64,000 bases of DNA, taken from NCBI RefSeq assembly GCF_003334405.1, contig NZ_QOWM01000002.1; one strand, written 5' to 3'. This DNA comes from Escherichia coli. Lineage in GTDB: Bacteria; Pseudomonadota; Gammaproteobacteria; Enterobacterales; Enterobacteriaceae. Below, piece after piece: positions 1-13,891 of this stretch; positions within the stretch are counted from its first letter, which is position 1; each line of letters opens with the position of its first letter. The translations under genes and the position numbers were made by a program. A model generated the notes under the pieces. It ran no database searches. It saw only the letters and a list, made by a program, of their open reading frames with translations, and had not been told where the DNA came from.

Positions 1-1667
1 GTGAACCGCCTGAAGAACCAAGCCTGCTGGCTTCTATCTTCATCTCCTGGTTCCCGATGCTGTTGCTGATTGGTGTCTGGATCTTCTTCATGCGTCAAAT
101 GCAGGGCGGCGGTGGCAAAGGTGCCATGTCGTTTGGTAAGAGCAAAGCGCGCATGCTGACGGAAGATCAGATCAAAACGACCTTTGCTGACGTTGCGGGC
201 TGCGACGAAGCAAAAGAAGAAGTTGCTGAACTGGTTGAGTATCTGCGCGAGCCGAGCCGCTTCCAGAAACTCGGCGGTAAGATCCCGAAAGGCGTCTTGA
301 TGGTCGGTCCTCCGGGTACCGGTAAAACGCTGCTGGCGAAAGCGATTGCAGGCGAAGCGAAAGTTCCGTTCTTTACTATCTCCGGTTCTGACTTCGTAGA
401 AATGTTCGTCGGTGTGGGTGCATCCCGTGTTCGTGACATGTTCGAACAGGCGAAGAAAGCGGCACCGTGCATCATCTTTATCGATGAAATCGACGCCGTA
501 GGCCGCCAGCGTGGCGCTGGTCTGGGCGGTGGTCACGATGAACGTGAACAGACTCTGAACCAGATGCTGGTTGAGATGGATGGCTTCGAAGGTAACGAAG
601 GTATCATCGTTATCGCCGCGACTAACCGTCCGGACGTTCTCGACCCGGCCCTGCTGCGTCCTGGCCGTTTCGACCGTCAGGTTGTGGTCGGCTTGCCAGA
701 TGTTCGCGGTCGTGAGCAGATCCTGAAAGTTCACATGCGTCGCGTACCATTGGCACCCGATATCGACGCGGCAATCATTGCCCGTGGTACTCCTGGTTTC
801 TCCGGTGCTGACCTGGCGAACCTGGTGAACGAAGCGGCACTGTTCGCTGCTCGTGGCAACAAACGCGTTGTGTCGATGGTTGAGTTCGAGAAAGCGAAAG
901 ACAAAATCATGATGGGTGCGGAACGTCGCTCCATGGTGATGACGGAAGCGCAGAAAGAATCGACGGCTTACCACGAAGCGGGTCATGCGATTATCGGTCG
1001 CCTGGTGCCGGAACACGATCCGGTGCACAAAGTGACGATTATCCCACGCGGTCGTGCGCTGGGTGTGACTTTCTTCTTGCCTGAGGGCGACGCAATCAGC
1101 GCCAGCCGTCAGAAACTGGAAAGCCAGATTTCTACGCTGTACGGTGGTCGTCTGGCAGAAGAGATCATCTACGGGCCGGAACATGTATCTACCGGTGCGT
1201 CCAACGATATTAAAGTTGCGACCAACCTGGCACGTAACATGGTGACTCAGTGGGGCTTCTCTGAGAAATTGGGTCCACTGCTGTACGCGGAAGAAGAAGG
1301 TGAAGTGTTCCTCGGCCGTAGCGTAGCGAAAGCGAAACATATGTCCGATGAAACTGCACGTATCATCGACCAGGAAGTGAAAGCACTGATTGAGCGTAAC
1401 TATAATCGTGCGCGTCAGCTTCTGACCGACAATATGGATATTCTGCATGCGATGAAAGATGCTCTCATGAAATATGAGACTATCGACGCACCGCAGATTG
1501 ATGACCTGATGGCACGTCGCGATGTACGTCCGCCAGCGGGCTGGGAAGAACCAGGCGCTTCTAACAATTCTGGCGACAATGGTAGTCCAAAGGCTCCTCG
1601 TCCGGTTGATGAACCGCGTACGCCGAACCCGGGTAACACCATGTCAGAGCAGTTAGGCGACAAGTAA
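1..1667 (+). CDS. ftsH: ATP-dependent zinc metalloprotease FtsH, 5'-truncated by window start
   Basis: Track ORF 57..1667 stays open to the window start; translation has Walker A GPPGTGKT, Walker B IIFIDEID and zinc-binding HEAGH. Confidence 0.95.
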   Translation, partial: EPPEEPSLLASIFISWFPMLLLIGVWIFFMRQMQGGGGKGAMSFGKSKARMLTEDQIKTTFADVAGCDEAKEEVAELVEYLREPSRFQKLGGKIPKGVLMVGPPGTGKTLLAKAIAGEAKVPFFTISGSDFVEMFVGVGASRVRDMFEQAKKAAPCIIFIDEIDAVGRQRGAGLGGGHDEREQTLNQMLVEMDGFEGNEGIIVIAATNRPDVLDPALLRPGRFDRQVVVGLPDVRGREQILKVHMRRVPLAPDIDAAIIARGTPGFSGADLANLVNEAALFAARGNKRVVSMVEFEKAKDKIMMGAERRSMVMTEAQKESTAYHEAGHAIIGRLVPEHDPVHKVTIIPRGRALGVTFFLPEGDAISASRQKLESQISTLYGGRLAEEIIYGPEHVSTGASNDIKVATNLARNMVTQWGFSEKLGPLLYAEEEGEVFLGRSVAKAKHMSDETARIIDQEVKALIERNYNRARQLLTDNMDILHAMKDALMKYETIDAPQIDDLMARRDVRPPAGWEEPGASNNSGDNGSPKAPRPVDEPRTPNPGNTMSEQLGDK

Positions 1668-1698
1668 GTTCCCGCATCAGATGACTGTATTTGTACCG

Positions 1699-1729
1699 AA
1701 AACCCCGGGGCGTGCTCCGGGGTTTTTTC
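1699..1729 (+). terminator. Rho-independent terminator-like GC hairpin plus T-run after ftsH
   Basis: aaaaCCCCGGGGcgtgCTCCGGGGtttttt read directly; coordinates approximate. Confidence 0.5.
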
Positions 1730-1756
1730 TTATCAATTCATACCAGGGATAACATC

Positions 1757-2605
1757 ATGAAACTCTTTGCCCAGGGTACTTCACTGGACCTTAGCCATCC
1801 TCACGTAATGGGGATCCTCAACGTCACGCCTGATTCCTTTTCGGATGGTGGCACGCATAACTCGCTGATAGATGCGGTGAAACATGCGAATCTGATGATC
1901 AACGCTGGCGCGACGATCATTGACGTTGGTGGCGAGTCCACGCGCCCAGGGGCGGCGGAAGTTAGCGTTGAAGAAGAGTTGCAACGTGTTATTCCTGTGG
2001 TTGAGGCAATTGCTCAACGCTTCGAAGTCTGGATCTCAGTCGATACATCCAAACCAGAAGTCATCCGTGAGTCAGCGAAAGTTGGCGCTCACATTATTAA
2101 TGATATCCGCTCCCTTTCCGAACCTGGCGCTCTGGAGGCGGCTGCAGAAACCGGTTTACCGGTTTGTCTGATGCATATGCAGGGAAATCCAAAAACCATG
2201 CAGGAAGCTCCGAAGTATGACGATGTCTTTGCAGAAGTGAATCGCTACTTTATTGAGCAAATAGCACGTTGCGAGCAGGCGGGTATCGCAAAAGAGAAAT
2301 TGTTGCTCGACCCCGGATTCGGTTTCGGTAAAAATCTCTCCCATAACTATTCATTACTGGCGCGCCTGGCTGAATTTCACCATTTCAACCTGCCGCTGTT
2401 GGTGGGTATGTCACGAAAATCGATGATTGGGCAGCTGCTGAACGTGGGGCCGTCCGAGCGCCTGAGCGGTAGTCTGGCCTGTGCGGTCATTGCCGCAATG
2501 CAAGGCGCGCACATCATTCGTGTTCATGACGTCAAAGAAACCGTAGAAGCGATGCGGGTGGTGGAAGCCACTCTGTCTGCAAAGGAAAACAAACGCTATG
2601 AGTAA
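1757..2605 (+). CDS. folP: dihydropteroate synthase
   Basis: Track ORF 1691..2605 trimmed to the ATG giving MKLFAQG; 8-nt overlap with the following glmM. Confidence 0.92.
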
Positions 2606-3935
2606 TCGTAAATATTTCGGTACCGATGGGATTCGTGGTCGTGTAGGGGATGCGCCGATCACACCTGATTTTGTGCTTAAGCTGGGTTGGGCCGCGGGTA
2701 AAGTGCTGGCGCGCCACGGCTCCCGTAAGATTATTATTGGTAAAGACACGCGTATTTCTGGCTATATGCTGGAGTCAGCACTGGAAGCGGGTCTGGCGGC
2801 AGCGGGCCTTTCCGCACTCTTCACTGGCCCGATGCCAACACCGGCCGTGGCTTATCTGACGCGTACCTTCCGCGCAGAGGCCGGAATTGTGATATCTGCA
2901 TCGCATAACCCGTTCTACGATAATGGCATTAAATTCTTCTCTATCGACGGCACCAAACTGCCGGATGCGGTAGAAGAGGCCATCGAAGCGGAAATGGAAA
3001 AGGAGATCAGCTGCGTTGATTCGGCAGAACTGGGTAAAGCCAGCCGTATCGTTGATGCCGCGGGTCGCTATATCGAGTTTTGCAAAGCCACGTTCCCGAA
3101 CGAACTTAGCCTCAGTGAACTGAAGATTGTGGTGGATTGTGCAAACGGTGCGACTTATCACATCGCGCCGAACGTGCTGCGCGAACTGGGGGCGAACGTT
3201 ATCGCTATCGGTTGTGAGCCAAACGGTGTAAACATCAATGCCGAAGTGGGGGCTACCGACGTTCGCGCGCTCCAGGCTCGTGTGCTGGCTGAAAAAGCGG
3301 ATCTCGGTATTGCCTTCGACGGCGATGGCGATCGCGTGATTATGGTTGACCATGAAGGCAATAAAGTCGATGGCGATCAGATCATGTATATCATCGCGCG
3401 TGAAGGTCTTCGTCAGGGCCAGCTGCGTGGTGGCGCTGTGGGTACATTGATGAGCAACATGGGGCTTGAACTGGCGCTGAAACAGTTAGGAATTCCATTT
3501 GCGCGCGCGAAAGTGGGTGACCGCTACGTACTGGAAAAAATGCAGGAGAAAGGCTGGCGTATCGGTGCAGAGAATTCCGGTCATGTGATCCTGCTGGATA
3601 AAACTACTACCGGTGACGGCATCGTTGCTGGCTTGCAGGTGCTGGCGGCGATGGCACGTAACCATATGAGCCTGCACGACCTTTGCAGCGGCATGAAAAT
3701 GTTCCCGCAGATTCTGGTTAACGTACGTTACACCGCAGGTAGCGGCGATCCACTTGAGCATGAGTCAGTTAAAGCCGTGACCGCAGAGGTTGAAGCTGCG
3801 CTGGGCAACCGTGGACGCGTGTTGCTGCGTAAATCCGGCACCGAACCGTTAATTCGCGTGATGGTGGAAGGCGAAGACGAAGCGCAGGTGACTGAATTTG
3901 CACACCGCATCGCCGATGCAGTAAAAGCCGTTTAA
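2598..3935 (+). CDS. glmM: phosphoglucosamine mutase
   Basis: 445-aa ORF with phosphoserine-site motif SASHNP and start [14 protein letters not shown]. Confidence 0.95.
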
Positions 3936-3952
3936 AGCGTTAGATAACTGGC

Positions 3953-3982
3953 TAAAAAGGCGGCGATTGTCGCCTTTTTTCT
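3953..3982 (+). terminator. Rho-independent terminator-like hairpin after glmM
   Basis: aaaaaGGCGGCGAttgTCGCCttttttct; approximate. Confidence 0.5.
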
Positions 3983-4162
3983 CAGCGAACACATCGGTTT
4001 TGCTGTTTTTTTCCGCAGTTGATACAATGCGATAAAATTGCCCTTGCGAAGGTCATTCGCTTTGGTTAGTATTCACACCCGCTTCAGTGGGAAAGATTAA
4101 AAACTCCCGCTTTATTGGTTGAAGCATTGGTACGCGGCAACTCCGCAAGGAACAGGTTGATT

Positions 4163-4495
4163 ATGTATGAAGCTCTTTTAGTAGTTTTCCTTATTGTGGC
4201 AATTGGCCTTGTTGGTCTGATCATGCTGCAGCAAGGTAAAGGCGCTGATATGGGAGCCTCCTTCGGAGCAGGCGCTTCCGCTACGCTGTTTGGTTCAAGT
4301 GGTTCTGGTAACTTCATGACCCGCATGACGGCGCTGCTGGCAACGTTATTCTTCATCATCAGTCTGGTGCTGGGTAACATCAATAGCAACAAAACCAATA
4401 AAGGTAGCGAATGGGAAAATCTGAGTGCACCGGCGAAAACCGAACAAACTCAGCCAGCTGCTCCGGCTAAGCCGACCAGCGATATCCCGAACTAA
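4163..4495 (+). CDS. secG: protein-export membrane protein SecG
   Basis: Track ORF 4115..4495 trimmed to MYEALLVVFLIV; two hydrophobic segments and a Gly/Ser-rich loop. Confidence 0.92.
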   Translation: MYEALLVVFLIVAIGLVGLIMLQQGKGADMGASFGAGASATLFGSSGSGNFMTRMTALLATLFFIISLVLGNINSNKTNKGSEWENLSAPAKTEQTQPAAPAKPTSDIPN

Positions 4496-4508
4496 AAAGT
4501 AGTATCCG

Positions 4509-4595
4509 TGCCGAGGTGGTGGAATTGGTAGACACGCTACCTTGAGGTGGTAGTGCCCAATAGGGCTTACGGGTTCAAGTCCCGTCCTCGGTACC
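4509..4595 (+). tRNA. leuU: tRNA-Leu, anticodon GAG
   Basis: Cloverleaf readable: acceptor GCCGAGG/CCTCGGT, anticodon loop CTTGAGGT, long variable arm, 3' ACCA; sits 13 nt after the secG stop. Confidence 0.88.
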
Positions 4596-4603
4596 AAATT
4601 CCA

Positions 4604-4633
4604 GAAAAGAGACGCTGAAAAGCGTCTTTTTTC
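4604..4633 (+). terminator. Rho-independent terminator after leuU
   Basis: aaaagAGACGCtgaaaaGCGTCTtttttcg. Confidence 0.55.
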
Positions 4634-5054
4634 GTTTTGGTCCTGGTCTGAGGAATGGTTGTCAGGTATCTGTATCTCGTCCAGTTGCTTTACTCGTAGC
4701 TGGTACCTTGAAACGATGGTGCCGGTACGCCTTAGTTATAAATTTTTCCCTTCTACTGACATAATTGGCACTTTATTGTGTCAACTCCAGTTCCGGTACG
4801 AATACGGATATGTTTACTTCTCGATAAACCATCCTGCTCCTGTCAGTATAACGACTGATGGCTACGTTCTGCGTAATGTTTAGAGACGCATTGATAATGT
4901 TATTTAATTACTGAGAACGCAATGGCCGCATCATTTAAAAAGAAAAAACTAACAGTGTTTCGTTCTGATATGGATCAGAGTTGAAAAACATGTCTGATAT
5001 AAAATTAAACATTGTTGATAATTGTTTATATTGGTTGTGAACTTGGATTTCTGG

Positions 5055-6680
5055 ATGACAGTATTCAACAAATTTGCTAGAACTTTTAAATCTCATTGGT
5101 TGTTGTATCTTTGTGTTATTGTTTTTGGTATTACGAACTTAGTCGCTTCTTCCGGAGCGCATATGGTTCAGCGCTTGCTGTTCTTCGTTCTGACCATCCT
5201 GGTTGTAAAACGTATATCATCCCTTCCGCTTCGCCTGCTTGTTGCCGCACCATTTGTGTTACTGACTGCGGCAGACATGAGTATTAGCCTCTATTCATGG
5301 TGTACCTTTGGTACAACTTTCAATGATGGATTTGCGATTAGTGTGCTCCAGAGTGATCCGGATGAAGTTGTCAAAATGCTGGGGATGTATATCCCTTATC
5401 TATGTGCCTTTGCTTTTTTATCCCTTCTTTTTTTGGCAGTAATAATAAAATATGATGTTTCCTTGCCGACAAAAAAAGTGACAGGAATATTATTGCTGAT
5501 TGTCATTTCGGGCAGTTTATTTTCCGCTTGTCAATTTGCTTATAAAGATGCAAAAAATAAAAAAGCGTTCAGTCCATATATACTAGCGTCGCGATTTGCT
5601 ACCTATACGCCGTTTTTCAATCTCAACTATTTTGCTTTAGCAGCGAAAGAGCATCAAAGATTACTCTCAATTGCAAACACGGTGCCGTATTTTCAATTAT
5701 CAGTCAGGGATACAGGTATTGATACCTACGTGTTGATTGTGGGGGAGTCTGTACGTGTCGACAATATGTCTTTGTATGGATATACACGCTCTACGACACC
5801 GCAAGTTGAAGCACAAAGAAAACAGATCAAACTGTTTAATCAAGCAATAAGCGGCGCACCTTACACTGCGCTGTCGGTTCCCCTTTCTTTAACTGCTGAT
5901 TCTGTTTTGAGTCATGACATTCATAATTACCCCGACAACATTATTAATATGGCTAATCAAGCAGGATTTCAGACTTTCTGGCTAAGCTCGCAATCCGCTT
6001 TTCGGCAGAATGGTACAGCAGTTACCAGTATCGCCATGCGCGCCATGGAAACAGTTTATGTCAGAGGATTTGATGAATTGTTGTTGCCGCATTTATCGCA
6101 AGCATTACAGCAAAATACGCAGCAAAAGAAACTGATTGTTCTTCATTTAAATGGAAGCCATGAACCGGCTTGTAGCGCCTATCCGCAATCCAGCGCCGTG
6201 TTTCAACCGCAGGACGATCAGGATGCCTGCTATGACAACTCCATTCATTACACAGATAGTTTGCTAGGTCAGGTTTTTGAATTATTAAAAGATCGCCGCG
6301 CCTCGGTCATGTATTTTGCCGACCACGGCCTGGAACGTGACCCTACGAAGAAGAACGTCTATTTTCATGGAGGCAGGGAGGCTAGCCAGCAGGCATATCA
6401 TGTCCCGATGTTTATCTGGTATAGCCCCGTTCTTGGGGATGGCGTGGATCGCACAACGGAAAACAACATCTTTTCGACAGCTTACAATAATTACCTTATT
6501 AATGCGTGGATGGGGGTAACAAAGCCGGAACAGCCGCAAACGCTTGAGGAAGTGATTGCACACTATAAAGGAGACTCACGGGTTGTGGATGCAAACCATG
6601 ATGTTTTCGATTATGTGATGCTCAGAAAGGAGTTTACAGAGGATAAGCAAGGTAACCCCACCCCTGAAGGGCAGGGTTGA
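5055..6680 (+). CDS. yhbX: EptA/sulfatase-family inner-membrane protein (putative phosphoethanolamine transferase), AT-rich gene
   Basis: Track ORF 5022..6680 trimmed to MTVFNKFARTF; N-terminal multi-TM region then a sulfatase-like soluble domain; visibly AT-rich. Confidence 0.8.
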   Translation: MTVFNKFARTFKSHWLLYLCVIVFGITNLVASSGAHMVQRLLFFVLTILVVKRISSLPLRLLVAAPFVLLTAADMSISLYSWCTFGTTFNDGFAISVLQSDPDEVVKMLGMYIPYLCAFAFLSLLFLAVIIKYDVSLPTKKVTGILLLIVISGSLFSACQFAYKDAKNKKAFSPYILASRFATYTPFFNLNYFALAAKEHQRLLSIANTVPYFQLSVRDTGIDTYVLIVGESVRVDNMSLYGYTRSTTPQVEAQRKQIKLFNQAISGAPYTALSVPLSLTADSVLSHDIHNYPDNIINMANQAGFQTFWLSSQSAFRQNGTAVTSIAMRAMETVYVRGFDELLLPHLSQALQQNTQQKKLIVLHLNGSHEPACSAYPQSSAVFQPQDDQDACYDNSIHYTDSLLGQVFELLKDRRASVMYFADHGLERDPTKKNVYFHGGREASQQAYHVPMFIWYSPVLGDGVDRTTENNIFSTAYNNYLINAWMGVTKPEQPQTLEEVIAHYKGDSRVVDANHDVFDYVMLRKEFTEDKQGNPTPEGQG

Positions 6681-6687
6681 TGTCGAA

Positions 6688-8046
<1,359 letters not shown>

Positions 8047-8256
8047 TTAATTAACTGATGATGAGCCTGGATTTCCGCTCTCACTGAATTTTTATGCAAA
8101 ATAAATGAGTTTTCATTTAATCATCTTTTATCGGAGACAGGAAGAGTTTAGTGTGTTTTTTGTAAAATAATGCGCTTAAGGGAGAGCAGGAGAAGGCAAA
8201 AGTATTCAACAAATGAAAGTGAACTGGATATTCATTCACATGATTAGCAATAAACG

Positions 8257-8286
8257 TTGACAAAATGTGGCGTGGATCACTATAAT
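8257..8286 (+). promoter_or_regulatory. Near-consensus sigma70 promoter (TTGACA, about 18 nt spacer, TATAAT) upstream of metY
   Basis: ttgacaaaatgtggcgtggatcactataat read directly; about 95 nt upstream of the tRNA. Confidence 0.5.
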
Positions 8287-8378
8287 GCCTGCAGATTTTA
8301 CGTCCCGTCTCGGTACACCAAATCCCAGCAGTATTTGCATTTTTTACCCAAAACGAGTAGAATTTGCCACGTTTCAGG

Positions 8379-8455
<77 letters not shown>

Positions 8456-8577
8456 CTTTCCCTTAGAGTCCTTTTTCAAATATACTGTGAAGACTTCGGC
8501 CTTCGTAGTGGGATTTGAAAAAATCCTTCTGGAAAGTGCTCCAGACCGCAGTTGCGGTTATAGGGTTCAGTTATATA

Positions 8578-8606
8578 AAGCCCCGATTTATCGGGGTTTT
8601 TTGTTA
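8578..8606 (+). terminator. Rho-independent terminator after metY
   Basis: aaaGCCCCGATttatCGGGGttttttgtt. Confidence 0.5.
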
Positions 8607-8661
8607 TCTGACTACAGAATAACTGGGCTTTAGGCCCTTTTTTTATGTCTTGGGGGTGGGC

Positions 8662-9114
8662 TTGTCCACATTAGAGCAAAAATTAACAGAGATGATTACT
8701 GCGCCAGTTGAGGCCCTGGGTTTTGAACTGGTTGGCATCGAATTTATTCGCGGTCGCACATCCACACTGCGCATCTATATTGATAGTGAAGATGGCATCA
8801 ATGTTGATGATTGTGCTGATGTGAGCCACCAGGTAAGTGCTGTGCTGGATGTTGAAGATCCCATCACCGTTGCTTATAACCTGGAAGTCTCCTCACCGGG
8901 TCTCGATCGCCCACTGTTCACGGCTGAACACTACGCCCGTTTTGTCGGAGAAGAGGTGACTCTGGTTCTCCGTATGGCGGTACAAAACCGTCGTAAATGG
9001 CAGGGCGTTATCAAAGCGGTAGACGGTGAAATGATCACAGTTACCGTCGAAGGTAAAGATGAAGTGTTCGCGCTGAGTAATATCCAGAAGGCGAACCTGG
9101 TTCCCCACTTTTAA
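8662..9114 (+). CDS. rimP: ribosome maturation factor RimP
   Basis: Track ORF 8650..9114; N-terminus [12 protein letters not shown] suggests a UUG/GUG start near 8656-8662; first gene of the nusA-infB operon. Confidence 0.8.
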
Positions 9115-9141
9115 TAGTCTGGATGAGGTGAAAAGCCCGCG

Positions 9142-10629
<1,488 letters not shown>

Positions 10630-10653
10630 TAAACTGTAGCAGGAAGGAACAGC

Positions 10654-13326
10654 ATGACAGATGTAACGATTAAAACGCTGGCCGCAGAGCGACAGACCTC
10701 CGTGGAACGCCTGGTACAGCAATTTGCTGATGCAGGTATCCGGAAGTCTGCTGACGACTCTGTGTCTGCACAAGAGAAACAGACTTTGATTGACCACCTG
10801 AATCAGAAAAATTCAGGCCCGGACAAATTGACGCTGCAACGTAAAACACGCAGCACCCTTAACATTCCTGGTACCGGTGGAAAAAGCAAATCGGTACAAA
10901 TCGAAGTCCGCAAGAAACGCACCTTTGTGAAACGCGATCCGCAAGAGGCTGAACGCCTTGCAGCGGAAGAGCAAGCGCAGCGTGAAGCGGAAGAGCAAGC
11001 CCGTCGTGAGGCAGAAGAATCGGCTAAACGCGAGGCGCAACAAAAAGCTGAACGTGAGGCCGCAGAACAAGCTAAGCGTGAAGCTGCTGAACAAGCGAAA
11101 CGTGAAGCTGCGGAAAAAGACAAAGTGAGCAATCAACAAGACGATATGACTAAAAACGCCCAGGCTGAAAAAGCCCGCCGTGAGCAGGAAGCTGCAGAGC
11201 TCAAGCGTAAAGCTGAAGAAGAAGCGCGTCGTAAACTCGAAGAAGAAGCACGTCGCGTTGCTGAAGAAGCACGTCGTATGGCGGAAGAAAACAAATGGAC
11301 TGATAACGCGGAACCGACTGAAGATTCCAGCGATTATCACGTCACTACTTCTCAACATGCTCGCCAGGCAGAAGACGAAAGCGATCGTGAAGTCGAAGGC
11401 GGCCGTGGCCGTGGTCGTAACGCGAAAGCAGCGCGTCCGAAGAAAGGCAACAAACACGCTGAATCAAAAGCTGATCGTGAAGAAGCACGCGCAGCAGTAC
11501 GTGGCGGTAAAGGCGGAAAACGTAAAGGTTCTTCGCTGCAGCAAGGCTTCCAGAAGCCTGCTCAGGCCGTTAACCGTGACGTTGTGATCGGCGAAACTAT
11601 CACCGTTGGCGAACTGGCGAACAAGATGGCGGTTAAAGGCTCTCAGGTCATCAAAGCGATGATGAAACTGGGCGCAATGGCAACCATCAACCAGGTTATC
11701 GATCAGGAAACCGCACAGCTGGTTGCTGAAGAGATGGGCCATAAAGTTATCCTGCGTCGTGAAAACGAGCTGGAAGAGGCGGTAATGAGCGACCGTGACA
11801 CGGGTGCTGCGGCTGAACCGCGCGCGCCGGTTGTGACCATCATGGGTCACGTTGACCACGGTAAAACCTCTCTGCTGGACTACATTCGTTCAACGAAAGT
11901 GGCCTCTGGCGAAGCGGGCGGCATTACCCAGCACATTGGTGCATACCACGTTGAAACTGAAAACGGCATGATCACCTTCCTGGACACCCCGGGGCACGCC
12001 GCGTTTACTTCAATGCGTGCTCGTGGTGCGCAGGCAACGGACATCGTAGTCCTGGTTGTTGCTGCCGACGACGGTGTGATGCCGCAGACCATCGAAGCAA
12101 TCCAGCACGCGAAAGCGGCGCAGGTACCGGTGGTGGTTGCAGTGAACAAGATCGATAAACCAGAAGCTGATCCGGATCGCGTTAAGAACGAACTCTCCCA
12201 GTACGGCATCCTGCCGGAAGAGTGGGGCGGTGAAAGCCAGTTCGTACACGTATCTGCGAAAGCGGGTACCGGTATCGATGAACTGCTGGACGCTATCCTG
12301 CTGCAGGCGGAAGTTCTGGAGCTGAAAGCGGTACGTAAAGGTATGGCGAGCGGTGCGGTTATCGAATCCTTCCTCGATAAAGGTCGTGGTCCGGTTGCTA
12401 CCGTTCTGGTACGTGAAGGTACTCTGCACAAGGGCGATATCGTTCTGTGTGGCTTCGAATACGGTCGTGTTCGTGCGATGCGTAACGAACTGGGTCAGGA
12501 AGTGCTGGAAGCGGGTCCGTCCATTCCGGTGGAAATCCTCGGCCTGTCCGGCGTACCGGCTGCGGGTGATGAAGTTACCGTTGTACGTGACGAGAAGAAA
12601 GCGCGTGAAGTTGCACTCTATCGTCAGGGTAAATTCCGCGAAGTTAAACTGGCGCGTCAGCAGAAATCTAAACTCGAGAACATGTTCGCCAACATGACCG
12701 AAGGCGAAGTTCACGAAGTGAATATCGTCCTGAAGGCAGACGTACAGGGTTCTGTCGAAGCGATCTCCGACTCCTTGCTGAAACTGTCTACTGACGAAGT
12801 TAAAGTGAAGATCATCGGTTCTGGCGTAGGTGGTATCACCGAAACCGACGCCACCCTGGCTGCGGCGTCCAACGCCATCCTGGTTGGCTTTAACGTACGT
12901 GCTGATGCCTCTGCACGTAAAGTGATTGAAGCGGAAAGCCTGGATCTGCGTTACTACTCCGTCATCTATAACCTGATTGACGAAGTGAAAGCGGCGATGA
13001 GCGGTATGCTGTCTCCGGAACTGAAACAGCAGATTATCGGTCTGGCGGAAGTTCGTGACGTGTTCAAATCGCCGAAATTTGGTGCCATCGCAGGCTGTAT
13101 GGTTACCGAAGGTGTGGTTAAACGTCACAACCCGATCCGCGTTCTGCGTGACAACGTGGTTATCTACGAAGGCGAGCTGGAGTCCCTGCGCCGCTTCAAA
13201 GATGACGTTAACGAAGTCCGTAACGGTATGGAATGTGGTATCGGCGTTAAGAACTACAACGACGTCCGCACTGGCGATGTGATCGAAGTATTCGAAATCA
13301 TCGAGATCCAACGTACCATTGCTTAA
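10654..13326 (+). CDS. infB: translation initiation factor IF-2
   Basis: 890-aa ORF; GTPase motifs [25 protein letters not shown]; Glu/Ala/Arg/Lys-rich repeat region near the N-terminus. Confidence 0.95.
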
Positions 13327-13337
13327 GGTTTTTAGGG

Positions 13338-13420
13338 TTCCATGCGGGATAAGGCGTTTACGCTGCATCCGGCATGGATTGCCTGATGTGACGCTGGCGC
13401 GTCTTATCAGGTCAACGTGA
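13338..13420. repeat. REP-like palindromic units between infB and rbfA
   Basis: gcgggataaggcgtttacgctgcatccggca and gcctgatgtgacgctggcgcgtcttatcaggtc resemble REP consensus. Confidence 0.45.
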
Positions 13421-13447
13421 ACAGCCCTTCCACCTGAAATTAATTTT

Positions 13448-13476
13448 AAAAAGGGGCTAACAGCCCCTTTTTTGTC
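13448..13476 (+). terminator. Terminator/attenuator-like hairpin immediately upstream of rbfA
   Basis: aaaaaGGGGCTaacAGCCCCttttttgtc; ends about 14 nt before the rbfA ATG. Confidence 0.45.
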
Positions 13477-13489
13477 AGGAGAATTTATT

Positions 13490-13891
13490 ATGGCGAAAGA
13501 ATTTGGTCGCCCGCAGCGCGTAGCGCAGGAAATGCAAAAAGAGATCGCTCTCATCCTGCAGCGTGAAATTAAAGATCCTCGCCTGGGCATGATGACCACC
13601 GTTTCCGGTGTCGAAATGTCTCGCGACCTGGCGTATGCCAAAGTATATGTGACGTTCCTCAACGACAAAGATGAAGACGCGGTTAAAGCGGGCATCAAAG
13701 CGTTGCAAGAAGCTTCTGGTTTCATCCGCAGCCTGCTGGGGAAAGCGATGCGCCTGCGTATCGTGCCGGAACTGACCTTCTTCTACGACAACTCTCTGGT
13801 TGAAGGGATGCGCATGTCAAACCTGGTGACCAGCGTGGTCAAACATGACGAAGAACGTCGTGTTAACCCGGACGACAGCAAGGAGGACTAA
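13490..13891 (+). CDS. rbfA: ribosome-binding factor A
   Basis: Track ORF 13472..13891 trimmed to [14 protein letters not shown]. Confidence 0.92.

Noticed and set aside
4659-4883. 74-aa ORF in the leuU-yhbX intergenic region
   Set aside because: No convincing ribosome-binding site, Cys/Tyr-rich low-complexity translation, lies in the AT-rich promoter region of yhbX.
10803-11457. Two reverse-strand ORFs (109 and 214 aa) with repetitive Ala/Ser/Arg-rich translations
   Set aside because: Mirror images of the repeat region encoding the IF2 N-domain, not genes.
12010-13725. 571-aa reverse-strand ORF covering infB and rbfA
   Set aside because: Antisense to infB and spans the infB-rbfA intergenic terminator; low-complexity translation; artefact.
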